Below are positions 1 through 8,901 of a stretch of DNA of 64,000 bases, one piece after another. Position 1 is the first letter of the stretch. Every line of letters begins with the position of its first letter. The translations under genes were made by a program, and so were the position numbers. Source of the DNA: a virus. Lineage: Duplodnaviria; Caudoviricetes. The notes beneath the pieces were generated by a model. It was not told the origin of the DNA. It ran no database searches and was given only the letters and a program-made list of their open reading frames with translations. The stretch is from positions 32,001 through 96,000 of the IMG/VR virus record IMGVR_UViG_3300028591_000100; one strand, written 5' to 3'.

Positions 1-2
1 CG

Positions 3-275
3 TTGGACTATATTAACTTAAGAAACGCATTAAAAGTCGTAGGGCTAGATATGCTGCCAAAGGAAAAATTTATAGACGCTTTAGGTAACGCTGAACGCTA
101 CGATAAACAACATGGCAGAACTTACGAAACTGACCCTATTCTATATATGGAATATCGAAATGATAAAGGTTTCGGTTTCTGGAGAGGCACAAAGGAAGAA
201 TTGGTTGATTGGTATGGCGTAGAACCATTAACAGTCAAAGAAATTTTAGAAGAAGTGGGGGTGAAGAAAATATGA
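3..275 (+). CDS. hypothetical phage protein (possibly 5'-truncated by window edge)
   Basis: ORF at window start; stop overlaps next ATG (ATGA). Confidence 0.6.
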   Translation: MDYINLRNALKVVGLDMLPKEKFIDALGNAERYDKQHGRTYETDPILYMEYRNDKGFGFWRGTKEELVDWYGVEPLTVKEILEEVGVKKI

Positions 276-754
276 AATCAATTTTCGAAAAATATGTAGA
301 TGCACTTAACAGTTTGGCGGTGCCTGGAATCCCAGACAACAAGGTTGCCGTGTTCACGGGAAATCAGGTGTTTACAGATGCAAACGAAGCATCCGTGGAA
401 AACTATATAAATTATCATGTGATGCCATGGGCTTTCATGAACGGCATCTATTGTCGTGGTATGACACACGGTAATTTTGTGGTTGAGAGAGATTACTGCA
501 AACCTGAAGAGGTGATTAAAAACAAAGAAGAGGATTTCTATTTGAACGTAGATATCCTAAACTATGTTTACGCCGTGATGGCAGCTGCTACTGAAATTCG
601 TAAAGCACCAGAAGGAACAGTAATTGTGGTTGGTTACTGTGGCGAAGCGGATAACACATATGTGAGCCGTTTTGCAACCGTTGCAGACTTTGTGGAGCAG
701 GCAGAGCAAGAAATCAAAGATTTAGACTATCATGATGAAGAGGAGGAAAAGTAA
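272..754 (+). CDS. hypothetical protein, acidic C-terminus
   Basis: ATG at 272 after GGGGGTG SD; coupled to neighbours. Confidence 0.7.
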   Translation: MKSIFEKYVDALNSLAVPGIPDNKVAVFTGNQVFTDANEASVENYINYHVMPWAFMNGIYCRGMTHGNFVVERDYCKPEEVIKNKEEDFYLNVDILNYVYAVMAAATEIRKAPEGTVIVVGYCGEADNTYVSRFATVADFVEQAEQEIKDLDYHDEEEEK

Positions 755-1177
755 ATGGAAAAACTAGCATTTAAAGCAGAAATAACACTTGACCGTGAGG
801 AGGTAATAGACATTCTAACCACAGCGCTTGAAGGTGGAATAGCCTATTGGCGGTGCCTAGACAACACATGCCCAACATGGAAAAAGGCAAGAAAGCAGGT
901 TGAAGCAGCAAAAGGTGATGATTACTATATCGAAGATGTTATGCTTCAGGTTTTAGAAAATGGTGATGACGTTATCTTTATCGATGCTGAGCAAGACCCT
1001 GATGATGCTAATAGCGATAAATATACGCTTAACATGGATAAGTTTAAACAAGGGCTTGTGTTATTCACACAAAACCGTGGAAATCCCCAGAAGATATTGG
1101 CAGATGGAGCCTTCGATGCTGTGGAAGCAGATTGCCTCATCCAATACGCATGCTTCGGGGATATAATATTTGGATAG
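755..1177 (+). CDS. conserved-type phage hypothetical protein (ALEGGIAYW...DAVEADCLIQYACFG)
   Basis: GAGGAGG SD; C-terminal DAxxADxxxQxxxFG pattern recalled from phage early proteins. Confidence 0.75.
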   Translation: MEKLAFKAEITLDREEVIDILTTALEGGIAYWRCLDNTCPTWKKARKQVEAAKGDDYYIEDVMLQVLENGDDVIFIDAEQDPDDANSDKYTLNMDKFKQGLVLFTQNRGNPQKILADGAFDAVEADCLIQYACFGDIIFG

Positions 1178-1194
1178 AAAGGAGGGCGAAAAAG

Positions 1195-1638
1195 ATGACT
1201 GACACAATGAAAAATTATAATGCATTGGTTCCACTGATGAACAATTTGCAAAAAGAAGGATATCCAGTCTATGAAAAATGCGACAGAAACATGGGGTATG
1301 GTTTCTACGCAGAAGGTAAGAACGGATATTATGTTGATGCGCACATCTGGGGAAAGTATATAAATGTTTCTTTAATTAGACACTGCACTTTGCATGGGCA
1401 TGATGTCCTAAATGATGTGCGGCTAAAAAGAACCGTGAACCTTCAGGATGCACGGGAAGTGGAAGAGGTTGTGCGTCGATATCTTCAGGAAACTGAAGGG
1501 TTCAACAGGCAATATCAAGTGTTTTTAGGAGAGGCAGAACTATTAGTGTTAATAGATAAATGTAGCTCCAGAAACAGTGATGCGAGCTTAAAAGAAAAGT
1601 TAGAATATTATTTACAAAAAGGTAAAAAGGAGGTATAA
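1195..1638 (+). CDS. hypothetical protein
   Basis: AGGAGG SD before ATG 1195. Confidence 0.7.
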   Translation: MTDTMKNYNALVPLMNNLQKEGYPVYEKCDRNMGYGFYAEGKNGYYVDAHIWGKYINVSLIRHCTLHGHDVLNDVRLKRTVNLQDAREVEEVVRRYLQETEGFNRQYQVFLGEAELLVLIDKCSSRNSDASLKEKLEYYLQKGKKEV

Positions 1639-1639
1639 T

Positions 1640-2041
1640 ATGGGTGCATGTTATTCAGTAGTATGTAGATTAAAATTTAATATTTGGAGTGAAGATAAGG
1701 TTCTAGAAAAACTGCAGGAGTGTTATGAAAGGCATCTACGGGAACACGTAGGTTTCTGTATTGAGGAGTATCCTTTTAAAGAGCCACGCACAATTCAGGA
1801 TTTCATGGAACTTTATTTTACAAAGCACCAGAAAATGTTTAGCTTCGCGAAGGAGCGTTTAAAGAACGACAACATGATTTATGAGGCATCATCAGGTTTT
1901 GATGCAAGCTACGGATGGTGGCGAATTATGTATGATTTCTTTGAAAGCATAGCGATGTTCCTGATGCGAGGAAGTCGTTTGGAAATCTGGGAGGACAATG
2001 GTTATGAAGTATATAGGATTAAAGATGGGAAGGTGGTTTAA
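1640..2041 (+). CDS. hypothetical protein
   Basis: AGGAGG SD; tight packing. Confidence 0.75.
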   Translation: MGACYSVVCRLKFNIWSEDKVLEKLQECYERHLREHVGFCIEEYPFKEPRTIQDFMELYFTKHQKMFSFAKERLKNDNMIYEASSGFDASYGWWRIMYDFFESIAMFLMRGSRLEIWEDNGYEVYRIKDGKVV

Positions 2042-2043
2042 GT

Positions 2044-2340
2044 ATGAAATTAAAAAGTTATTTAAGAAAGAATAAAGACTTAATAGACAAATTTAATGAA
2101 CTATATATTCATACCAACAAGCTTCATTATAATGGCACTGAAGAGACTGTAGAAGATTTGCATAGAGTCTTTTCAGATAAAAACATTCATAGAATGGCAA
2201 TATGTTGTTGGGATTTAGTATTGTCAAAAGAAGAATTGGACAGCGAAATAATAGGAGTCCCATTGGCGTGCATAAGTTCTTTGCCATTCCATCATGGCGA
2301 AAAAGTATTAAATATAGTTATTAAAAAAGAGGAGGAATAA
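2044..2340 (+). CDS. hypothetical protein
   Basis: AAGGTGG SD; tight packing. Confidence 0.7.
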   Translation: MKLKSYLRKNKDLIDKFNELYIHTNKLHYNGTEETVEDLHRVFSDKNIHRMAICCWDLVLSKEELDSEIIGVPLACISSLPFHHGEKVLNIVIKKEEE

Positions 2341-2344
2341 TATT

Positions 2345-2833
2345 ATGGGATTAGATATGTATTTATATTTAAGAAAGCATGAGAGTTGCTCTCAATGGAG
2401 TACAAAAAACTTTGAGGAAGAGAAGAAAAGGTTCTATCCTGAGGAGTTAAGAGAGCTAGGTGAAAACATAGCCAAAAACAATTATATGTCAAAAAGCACT
2501 GAGTACCAAGTCGCATATTGGAGAAAAGCAAATCAAATTCACAACTACTTTATTAAAAAGTGTGCTGATGGCGTAGATGACTGCAGCCCAGTCTATGTTG
2601 AATTAGAAGACCTGATAGAGTTAGTATCATTGTGTAGAGAGGTAATTGAAAATCCTGACAAGGCTAAAACAAAATTACCAACGCAGGATGGCTTCTTCTT
2701 TGGTAGTACTAAGTACGATGAGTATTACGAACAAGAACTAGAATATACAGTCGAGCAGTTAGAGCCGATTATTAAATTCTTGGAAAGTGAAGAAGGCAGC
2801 GATTATGATGCTATATATAGAGCCAGCTGGTAA
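2345..2833 (+). CDS. conserved-type phage hypothetical protein (MGLDMYL...YWRKANQIH...YRASW)
   Basis: GAGGAGG SD; motif pattern recalled from a widespread phage family. Confidence 0.8.
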   Translation: MGLDMYLYLRKHESCSQWSTKNFEEEKKRFYPEELRELGENIAKNNYMSKSTEYQVAYWRKANQIHNYFIKKCADGVDDCSPVYVELEDLIELVSLCREVIENPDKAKTKLPTQDGFFFGSTKYDEYYEQELEYTVEQLEPIIKFLESEEGSDYDAIYRASW

Positions 2834-2848
2834 TCCAGTTGGCTTTTT
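2821..2848 (+). terminator. Rho-independent terminator
   Basis: AGCCAGCTGG-TAAT-CCAGTTGGCT stem followed by T-run. Confidence 0.75.
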
Positions 2849-2874
2849 AAATCAAAATAAGGAGGAAAAATAAT

Positions 2875-3141
2875 ATGATAAAATACGCAATAGTTTTTGC
2901 AAGTTATTTAGAAACAGAGGGGCTTGATGCCTCTGTTGCGTTCTATGACAAAGAAGAAGACGCAGCTAAATACTTAAAACAAGAATATGAGTATGCCATG
3001 GAAGACTTCAAAGGCGGTTCTGTAGATTGGAACGAATACGAAGAGGGACAAAAGTATTCAGTTGGTGGATCTGACAAACACGGATACAACGACAGATACG
3101 AGGCATATATTATGAAAGTAAATTTTGAGGAGGAAAAATAG
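2875..3141 (+). CDS. small acidic hypothetical protein
   Basis: AGGAGG SD. Confidence 0.75.
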   Translation: MIKYAIVFASYLETEGLDASVAFYDKEEDAAKYLKQEYEYAMEDFKGGSVDWNEYEEGQKYSVGGSDKHGYNDRYEAYIMKVNFEEEK

Positions 3142-3142
3142 T

Positions 3143-3445
3143 ATGAAAAAATATTTATACAATTTTATAGATACTTATGAAGGGGACGATAGCGACCTAA
3201 GTTTTATAATTGAATCAACCGCCGACGAGGAAACAATGAGAAGCATTGAGGTGGTATCTGACCTTATTTGGCGCGAGATAGAAGATGAAGACGAAATGCC
3301 ATCGTTATCACCACAAGAAAAAGATTTGTATGACAAATATTATGAACGTTCTGCTGGGGAATCAAAAGCGCTAATAATAAAGCGAATAGTCGAAGAAGAA
3401 GGCTACACTTGGGAAGAACCAGATATGATAGAAATCGAATGGTAG
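3143..3445 (+). CDS. small acidic hypothetical protein
   Basis: GAGGAGG SD before ATG 3143; D/E rich. Confidence 0.75.
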   Translation: MKKYLYNFIDTYEGDDSDLSFIIESTADEETMRSIEVVSDLIWREIEDEDEMPSLSPQEKDLYDKYYERSAGESKALIIKRIVEEEGYTWEEPDMIEIEW

Positions 3446-3456
3446 GAGGAAAGAAT

Positions 3457-3876
3457 ATGACAAATGAAAGATTAAAAGACATTATTGGAGAATTAGCTAA
3501 TGAGCTAAACGATATGTACAGCCGTTATTTAGATTGTGATGACTTCGGTGATTATATCACAGGCTTGTTAACAAGAGAAGAAGCCAAAGAATTAGACCTT
3601 GATGGTTGGTTTGGTGAAGAAGAGGACGAAGAAGAAGAGCTAACTGACGAAGATTATGAATACCAATTTGGCAGTGATATAGCAATTCGAATTTGTCGAG
3701 CAAACAACATCCCATTAAGCGACATCGAAGTATATGGCTCTAATGCGTATTGGATCAACGATGCAATTAACAATCTTCAAGACTTATATGATATTAATGA
3801 GAACTTCGTAATACCTACAGGTGATGAAGAGCTAATAAGAGATTACAGAGAACAAATTTTAGAGGAGGATGAATAA
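3457..3876 (+). CDS. highly acidic hypothetical protein
   Basis: AGGAGG SD before ATG 3457; EEEDEEEE tract. Confidence 0.75.
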   Translation: MTNERLKDIIGELANELNDMYSRYLDCDDFGDYITGLLTREEAKELDLDGWFGEEEDEEEELTDEDYEYQFGSDIAIRICRANNIPLSDIEVYGSNAYWINDAINNLQDLYDINENFVIPTGDEELIRDYREQILEEDE

Positions 3877-4342
3877 TATGAATGAGAAAAAATTTATTAT
3901 TTATGAGGACTACTATTTAATGGACTCAGATGCGCAGCAAGAGTTGCGTGAGGCAATTGCAGAAGAACGTGAAATGGATCTAGATAAGGTAACACATTCT
4001 TTTGCATCTGAAGAACATCTACAGGAATTTGATGATGAATTCGACGAATGTTTTGGAAACTGGCAAGACATCGTCGGAGATCGCCCAGTTGTTGTAACTG
4101 GAGAGCTTGGTCTTTGGGACGGCACACATGAGATAGAGCCAAGGGAGTTTGATGACTTATCAGCAGCCGTTTATAAATGTCTTGAAGACTATAACTGCAT
4201 CTGGGAGGATTCAGATGGAAACTTCCATGTAGATGCTCATCATCATGATGGAGTAAATCATTTTACAATCTATCTATTTGACGGCGACTACAAAAATCCT
4301 GAATGCTATAGCCCAATTAATTATTTGAAAGGTGGTGAATAA
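3869..4342 (+). CDS. acidic hypothetical protein (LGLWDG...HHDG motif)
   Basis: ORF overlapping previous stop; GAGGAGG SD (start may be 3878). Confidence 0.75.
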   Translation: MNNMNEKKFIIYEDYYLMDSDAQQELREAIAEEREMDLDKVTHSFASEEHLQEFDDEFDECFGNWQDIVGDRPVVVTGELGLWDGTHEIEPREFDDLSAAVYKCLEDYNCIWEDSDGNFHVDAHHHDGVNHFTIYLFDGDYKNPECYSPINYLKGGE

Positions 4343-4343
4343 T

Positions 4344-4553
4344 ATGAAATATACAATACGTGAAACAGTATCAATGGTAAGAGAAATCACCGTAGAGGGT
4401 GAAAGCTTGAAAGAAGTGGAAGAGAACTACCAAAACGGTGATTACGATGAAGAATTAAATTCATATTATTTTGACGGCCAATATGATGACGTGAGCTACA
4501 CAATAGAAAGCGAAGATGGTCGCTATTCAGTTCGAGATAAAGAAAGGGAGTGA
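4344..4553 (+). CDS. small acidic hypothetical protein
   Basis: AAGGTGG SD before ATG 4344. Confidence 0.7.
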   Translation: MKYTIRETVSMVREITVEGESLKEVEENYQNGDYDEELNSYYFDGQYDDVSYTIESEDGRYSVRDKERE

Positions 4554-4870
4554 GTAATGTGAAGGACTTATTAAAGAACGGACCTTATGAAATTAAGGAA
4601 CTAACAAGGGAGCAGAAACAAACTTTAGTTAGAGAATTATTAGGAGACTGGGAAGGAGTTAGAAAATGGGACTTAAATAAACCTTGGTATGTCTCAAACA
4701 ATCCTATGCTAGATCAGGTTTTTGATAACCGAGATAAAGATTTCTGGCAAAAAGGAGAAGAATACCCTTACCCTTATGTAATTCTATATGGTGGGGACAC
4801 TGTTGAATATCAAATTGAAAGTCTCTCTAAAGAAGATGCAAATGAAATGGGAATATTCTTAAGTAGATAG
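4550..4870 (+). CDS. hypothetical protein
   Basis: GTG start overlapping previous stop. Confidence 0.65.
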   Translation: MSNVKDLLKNGPYEIKELTREQKQTLVRELLGDWEGVRKWDLNKPWYVSNNPMLDQVFDNRDKDFWQKGEEYPYPYVILYGGDTVEYQIESLSKEDANEMGIFLSR

Positions 4871-4883
4871 GAGGAGAAATAAT

Positions 4884-5186
4884 ATGGAACAAGAATACTA
4901 TATTGAAGTCGTGGACAAACGAGTGGAATTAGATCCACCGTATGTGTGGCAAAGTGAACCTTTTGCAACAAAAGAAGAAGCTTTGAAATTTGGTAGAAAA
5001 GTCGCTGCAAGCTTTAGACGCAGCGACATATCTATGTTATTAAAAAAGAATCCATGGTCGTATCTGAATCCAGCATGGGAAGTATCAGCTAAGGGAGTAA
5101 AGACAAATCTTGAAACAAGGCTAATGATAATGGACTGGATTGATGAAGAAGAGTATGAAATCGGATTCTTAGAAAAAATAAAATAA
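4884..5186 (+). CDS. hypothetical protein
   Basis: AGGAGG SD. Confidence 0.75.
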   Translation: MEQEYYIEVVDKRVELDPPYVWQSEPFATKEEALKFGRKVAASFRRSDISMLLKKNPWSYLNPAWEVSAKGVKTNLETRLMIMDWIDEEEYEIGFLEKIK

Positions 5187-5204
5187 TTAAGGAGGAGAAA
5201 TAAT

Positions 5205-5441
5205 ATGGGACCAATAACAGTAAATCAATTATTAAGAAATTTAACAGAATTAAAAGCAAAAGGATACGGTAATGCACCGATCTTCGTAACAGACGATGAG
5301 GAGTGCAACGGTTATCACGCATTGTGGTATATCGGTGAAGCCGCTGGGGAAATGCCAGCCAGCAGAAAAGCCGACTGTGAAGAATTAAACTGCGATCTTT
5401 GTGTACTAAAAGACAGGAAGATGGCAGTTTACATGGGATAA
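5205..5441 (+). CDS. hypothetical protein
   Basis: AGGAGG SD. Confidence 0.75.
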   Translation: MGPITVNQLLRNLTELKAKGYGNAPIFVTDDEECNGYHALWYIGEAAGEMPASRKADCEELNCDLCVLKDRKMAVYMG

Positions 5442-5471
5442 GAAAAATAGTGTAAATTTAATATTTAAGCA

Positions 5472-5500
5472 TTGACAGCTGCCCAACATAGTAGTATAAT
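5472..5500 (+). promoter_or_regulatory. sigma70/sigmaA consensus promoter
   Basis: TTGACA-N17-TATAAT, perfect consensus, upstream of the methyltransferase. Confidence 0.85.
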
Positions 5501-5585
5501 AAAGATGAAAGTTGGGTAGTTGTATAATTATGCAAAAAAAACCAAAAAAACAGTAAAAAAATTAATAGAAAAGAGGAAAAAATGT

Positions 5586-6491
5586 ATGAAAACAATTACA
5601 AATATCATCGAATCTCTATCTCAGTTTACTATGCCTGAAGCATATAAAGCTGTAGAGTCAGCAGGTGTTGCTGCTAAAAAACCATCCATCCGTGCTAGAG
5701 TGTACGAGGCCGTAGATAAAGGAATCCTAAAAAAGATAGCTAAGGGAATCTATCAAAACAATGATTGCTTGCTTATCCAGGGTGATGGACGCGACTTAAG
5801 CTTCATCCCAGACGGTTCTATTGATGCTATCATCACAGACCATCCATATGAAGACCCAAAAGCTAACAATGGAGGAGACCGTCATTTTGCAACCTATGAC
5901 TGCTTCCGTTATAACCAAGAGGACTTCAACGAGAAGGCCAGGGTTCTAAAAGATGGAAGCTTCTTAGTTGAGTTCTTACCTGAAGAATCATCTACAAATT
6001 TTGAGTACGTTTACCAGATTAAGAAGATGGCAGAGGCAGCTGGGTTCAAATATTACGCCAAAGTCCCTTGGAAAAAAGGAACATTCATCTCTAACTGTGG
6101 ACGCAAGTCTAAGAACACAGAGGATGTAATGATTTTCTCTAAAGGTGATGCACGCAGCCTACGTCCCGATGCAAAGAAGGATAAAGCAGAGCCTGGCGTT
6201 AAGCATTACATGAAGGGCGCAGCTGGCATGTTGCCAACAGTGTTTGACTTCCAGAAGCCAGGCAAAAAGGACATCATCCACCAGGCTGAAAAACCAGCAG
6301 AGCTTCTAGAGGCAATCATCAATTATGTAACCCTAGATGGTGAACTAATTCTAGACCAATTTGCAGGTTCTGGTTCGCTAGGAGTAGCGGCCAAAGCTAC
6401 AGGCCGCCGATGCATCCTAATAGAGCTTGCAGAAGAATTCGTAGCTAAAATCAAAACCCGCCTAAGCTTAAACCAGGTTGCTTTGGAGTAA
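5586..6491 (+). CDS. DNA amino-methyltransferase (N6-adenine/N4-cytosine, beta-class order) with N-terminal winged-helix-like extension
   Basis: motif IV IITDHPY precedes HQAEKP and motif I LDQFAGSGS; AGAGG SD before ATG 5586. Confidence 0.85.
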   Translation: MKTITNIIESLSQFTMPEAYKAVESAGVAAKKPSIRARVYEAVDKGILKKIAKGIYQNNDCLLIQGDGRDLSFIPDGSIDAIITDHPYEDPKANNGGDRHFATYDCFRYNQEDFNEKARVLKDGSFLVEFLPEESSTNFEYVYQIKKMAEAAGFKYYAKVPWKKGTFISNCGRKSKNTEDVMIFSKGDARSLRPDAKKDKAEPGVKHYMKGAAGMLPTVFDFQKPGKKDIIHQAEKPAELLEAIINYVTLDGELILDQFAGSGSLGVAAKATGRRCILIELAEEFVAKIKTRLSLNQVALE

Positions 6492-6498
6492 CAAAATC

Positions 6499-6768
6499 AT
6501 GGAGAAGAAAATCTACAAAATAAGGGTAATGCTCCGAGAAGAGGTAAGACTAAGAATCAGCGGAAACAAGAGAATCATAGACAACGAGAAGGGAGCACTC
6601 TACGAAGTCCTATGGTTCTCGAACGGTGATTATGAATTACACTGTTTAAAGAGCTGCGGGATTAGAGCTACCCACTCCCACATCCCGTTTAATCCAGTGA
6701 CACATGAAGCATTACTAGATACAGGTTGGGGTGATGATAAATATGATTACGATAAGGAGGAAATATAA
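6499..6768 (+). CDS. hypothetical protein
   Basis: GGAG SD before ATG 6499. Confidence 0.65.
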   Translation: MEKKIYKIRVMLREEVRLRISGNKRIIDNEKGALYEVLWFSNGDYELHCLKSCGIRATHSHIPFNPVTHEALLDTGWGDDKYDYDKEEI

Positions 6769-6977
6769 TGGAACCATTGGAAACATTAACAATTGAATAT
6801 AGAAATCAGATAGATGGTTTAAAATACGTTCAGTTCGACGCAGATCTAGACACAGATTCAAAGGTGGTTGAACTATATTGTTGTGACGACCCAACGGGAC
6901 AACATGATAAAATAGTCTCTCGTAAAGAGCTAAAAAAGAATTACATAAAATTAAACGAATACATGGAGGAATCATAA
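6768..6977 (+). CDS. hypothetical protein
   Basis: AGGAGG SD; TAATG coupling at both ends. Confidence 0.7.
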   Translation: MEPLETLTIEYRNQIDGLKYVQFDADLDTDSKVVELYCCDDPTGQHDKIVSRKELKKNYIKLNEYMEES

Positions 6978-7852
6978 TGGAAAAAACTAACGAATCAGTT
7001 AAAACAGAATCTATCAGAATGGAGGACCAACCTATCTATACTTATACAGTAGATGATGCAAACACAATATCAATCTCATGTGGAAATATAAAGATTGGTA
7101 AGATGCTTAACTGGAGTACACTTCCAGGAAATGCAGACAACCCTTTAATAGCTAAGGGACGCCGAATCACAAATGTGGAAGGCACATGCACGCATAACTG
7201 CAACGGCTGCTTTAAGAACTGCTATGCACGCCGTTCAATCTTGCAGCACCACAACAGTGTAGCAGGACCATGGGCTATCAACACACTCATGATCAGGTAT
7301 AAGTTTGATGAATGCTTCAGGAAAATAGATGAAGTTATTCGTGAAAAGAATAAGAAATTCTACTCTTCTGGTAACATTTCAGACTTACAGTATAGATTCT
7401 TCAGAATCAATGTAGCTGGTGAACTTCAAAGTCTAAAAGAATTTGAAGCCTGGAATCAACTAGCCCAGAATCACCCTGCAATCAAGTTTGGAATCTACAG
7501 TAAGAATTCACCAGTTCTACTAGAGTTCTTTAAAAAGCATGGCCAAACAGCAGCCAACTTATGCGTGAACATTTCTGAATGGCACGATACAATGAAAGAT
7601 ACAATAGCTAATCTTAAAGCCATAGGAGCCGTATTCAACGTGTTTGAATATGATGATTCCAATTTATCTAGCTGTGAGCTGTCAGATGAGACTAAGCAGA
7701 TATTAGCTGCCACACCGCACTGCCCAGCCGTGGGACCAACACAGGTGAATCGACATCCAATCAATCCTGCGACAGGTGAGACTTGGAGGTGCTGTGAGTG
7801 CAAGGCATGTTACACTAAAACAGGCAGCCGTCGCTGCGTATACTCTCACTAG
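6977..7852 (+). CDS. GP88-like Cys-rich (radical-SAM-like) phage protein
   Basis: WSTLPG...TCTHNCNGCFKNCYA, FFRINVAGE, C-terminal CPA...CCECKAC. Confidence 0.65.
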   Translation: MEKTNESVKTESIRMEDQPIYTYTVDDANTISISCGNIKIGKMLNWSTLPGNADNPLIAKGRRITNVEGTCTHNCNGCFKNCYARRSILQHHNSVAGPWAINTLMIRYKFDECFRKIDEVIREKNKKFYSSGNISDLQYRFFRINVAGELQSLKEFEAWNQLAQNHPAIKFGIYSKNSPVLLEFFKKHGQTAANLCVNISEWHDTMKDTIANLKAIGAVFNVFEYDDSNLSSCELSDETKQILAATPHCPAVGPTQVNRHPINPATGETWRCCECKACYTKTGSRRCVYSH

Positions 7853-7863
7853 GAGGCAGTACC

Positions 7864-8487
7864 ATGAAGAAGAAATCCACTGCCACTACTGCTAATGCTA
7901 CAACACAAAGCATATCACACTACATGGTACTTCAACTAGCTAGATTAAAATGCGTGCTAAGTCCAGGAAAAACTAGCTTCATGGAAAGCCTGGGAATCAT
8001 CGCTGCTCAAGCTTCAACAGCAGCGGGCTTGCAACGGCTGCAAGGATTCTGCCAGGAAACATTGGGTAAGTATTTTGATTCAGAGAAACGAATCGATGGA
8101 ATCTATTCCAGGAATCTGGTAAAGAATCTCATAGGACTCTTAGCACAGAAAGCCAAGATCGCCCCAGATGAAAAGATCAAGGTCAACACAGAGCAAATAG
8201 CTGCAGATCTTAACACCCAGATAGCGGGAGCAGCTCAGCGCCTCATCTCCAGCTCTTCTTGGAGTACGGTGATTCGCTATTCAGCGCTTGAACTCTACAA
8301 TTATTGGGAAGAGGGTCTGATAGCCGCTCTACAGGCTCAGATCTATCCAACAGAAGCCGTGATTAAGATCGACATTCTTAAAGATCGAATCCAGGACTTC
8401 AGATCTAAACGGGTTTACTATGGTAAAAGTTTTGAAATTGTTACTAGTGGTCTTCCAATCGTGAAGGTTACTTGCGTTAGAATCTAA
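7864..8487 (+). CDS. hypothetical protein
   Basis: GGAGG SD; 207 aa ORF. Confidence 0.7.
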   Translation: MKKKSTATTANATTQSISHYMVLQLARLKCVLSPGKTSFMESLGIIAAQASTAAGLQRLQGFCQETLGKYFDSEKRIDGIYSRNLVKNLIGLLAQKAKIAPDEKIKVNTEQIAADLNTQIAGAAQRLISSSSWSTVIRYSALELYNYWEEGLIAALQAQIYPTEAVIKIDILKDRIQDFRSKRVYYGKSFEIVTSGLPIVKVTCVRI

Positions 8488-8500
8488 AATATGATATAAT
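8472..8500 (+). promoter_or_regulatory. sigmaA-like promoter with extended -10
   Basis: TTGCGT-N17-TATAAT with TG upstream of -10. Confidence 0.6.
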
Positions 8501-8523
8501 ATAGAAAGGGGTGATGCGATGAT

Positions 8524-8628
8524 ATGAGATTATTGGTAGTAGGACTAATAGTAGGAGCTGTTGTGTTAACGCTATTCTTTAATTCGGTTAACTCAAAATA
8601 TGAGAAACGAAACAGAAGACGCAAATAA
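8524..8628 (+). CDS. 34-aa single-TM microprotein (MRLLVVGLIVGAVVLTLFFNSVNSKYEKRNRRRK)
   Basis: read manually, below the ORF-track cutoff; GAAAGGGGTGA SD; hydrophobic N-half, basic tail. Confidence 0.6.
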   Translation: MRLLVVGLIVGAVVLTLFFNSVNSKYEKRNRRRK

Positions 8629-8659
8629 ACACAACAAATATTTCAGGAAGGAGGACTAA

Positions 8660-8860
8660 ATGGGATTATATCTCGTAATTTTAATAGTAGCAGCTTTAGC
8701 TATCGGAGTAACAATTAAAGAAGTTATAGACATCTATCGCTGTGCGGGGGCCAACACCCCTGCGGAGGATAGATCAAGCACGGCGCTTGTGATTTTCGCA
8801 ACGCTGATCTTAATAACTGTAATTGGTCTCATCATAGTTATAATTAGCTCTATTAAATAA
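8660..8860 (+). CDS. small two-TM membrane protein
   Basis: AGGAGG SD; two hydrophobic segments. Confidence 0.7.
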   Translation: MGLYLVILIVAALAIGVTIKEVIDIYRCAGANTPAEDRSSTALVIFATLILITVIGLIIVIISSIK

Positions 8861-8873
8861 AGCTACTATAAGG

Positions 8874-8901
8874 AAGCCCAGGGCACATGCTCTGGGTTTT
8901 T
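8874..8901 (+). terminator. Rho-independent terminator ending the + strand block
   Basis: GCCCAGGGC-ACAT-GCTCTGGGT stem plus T-run. Confidence 0.7.
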
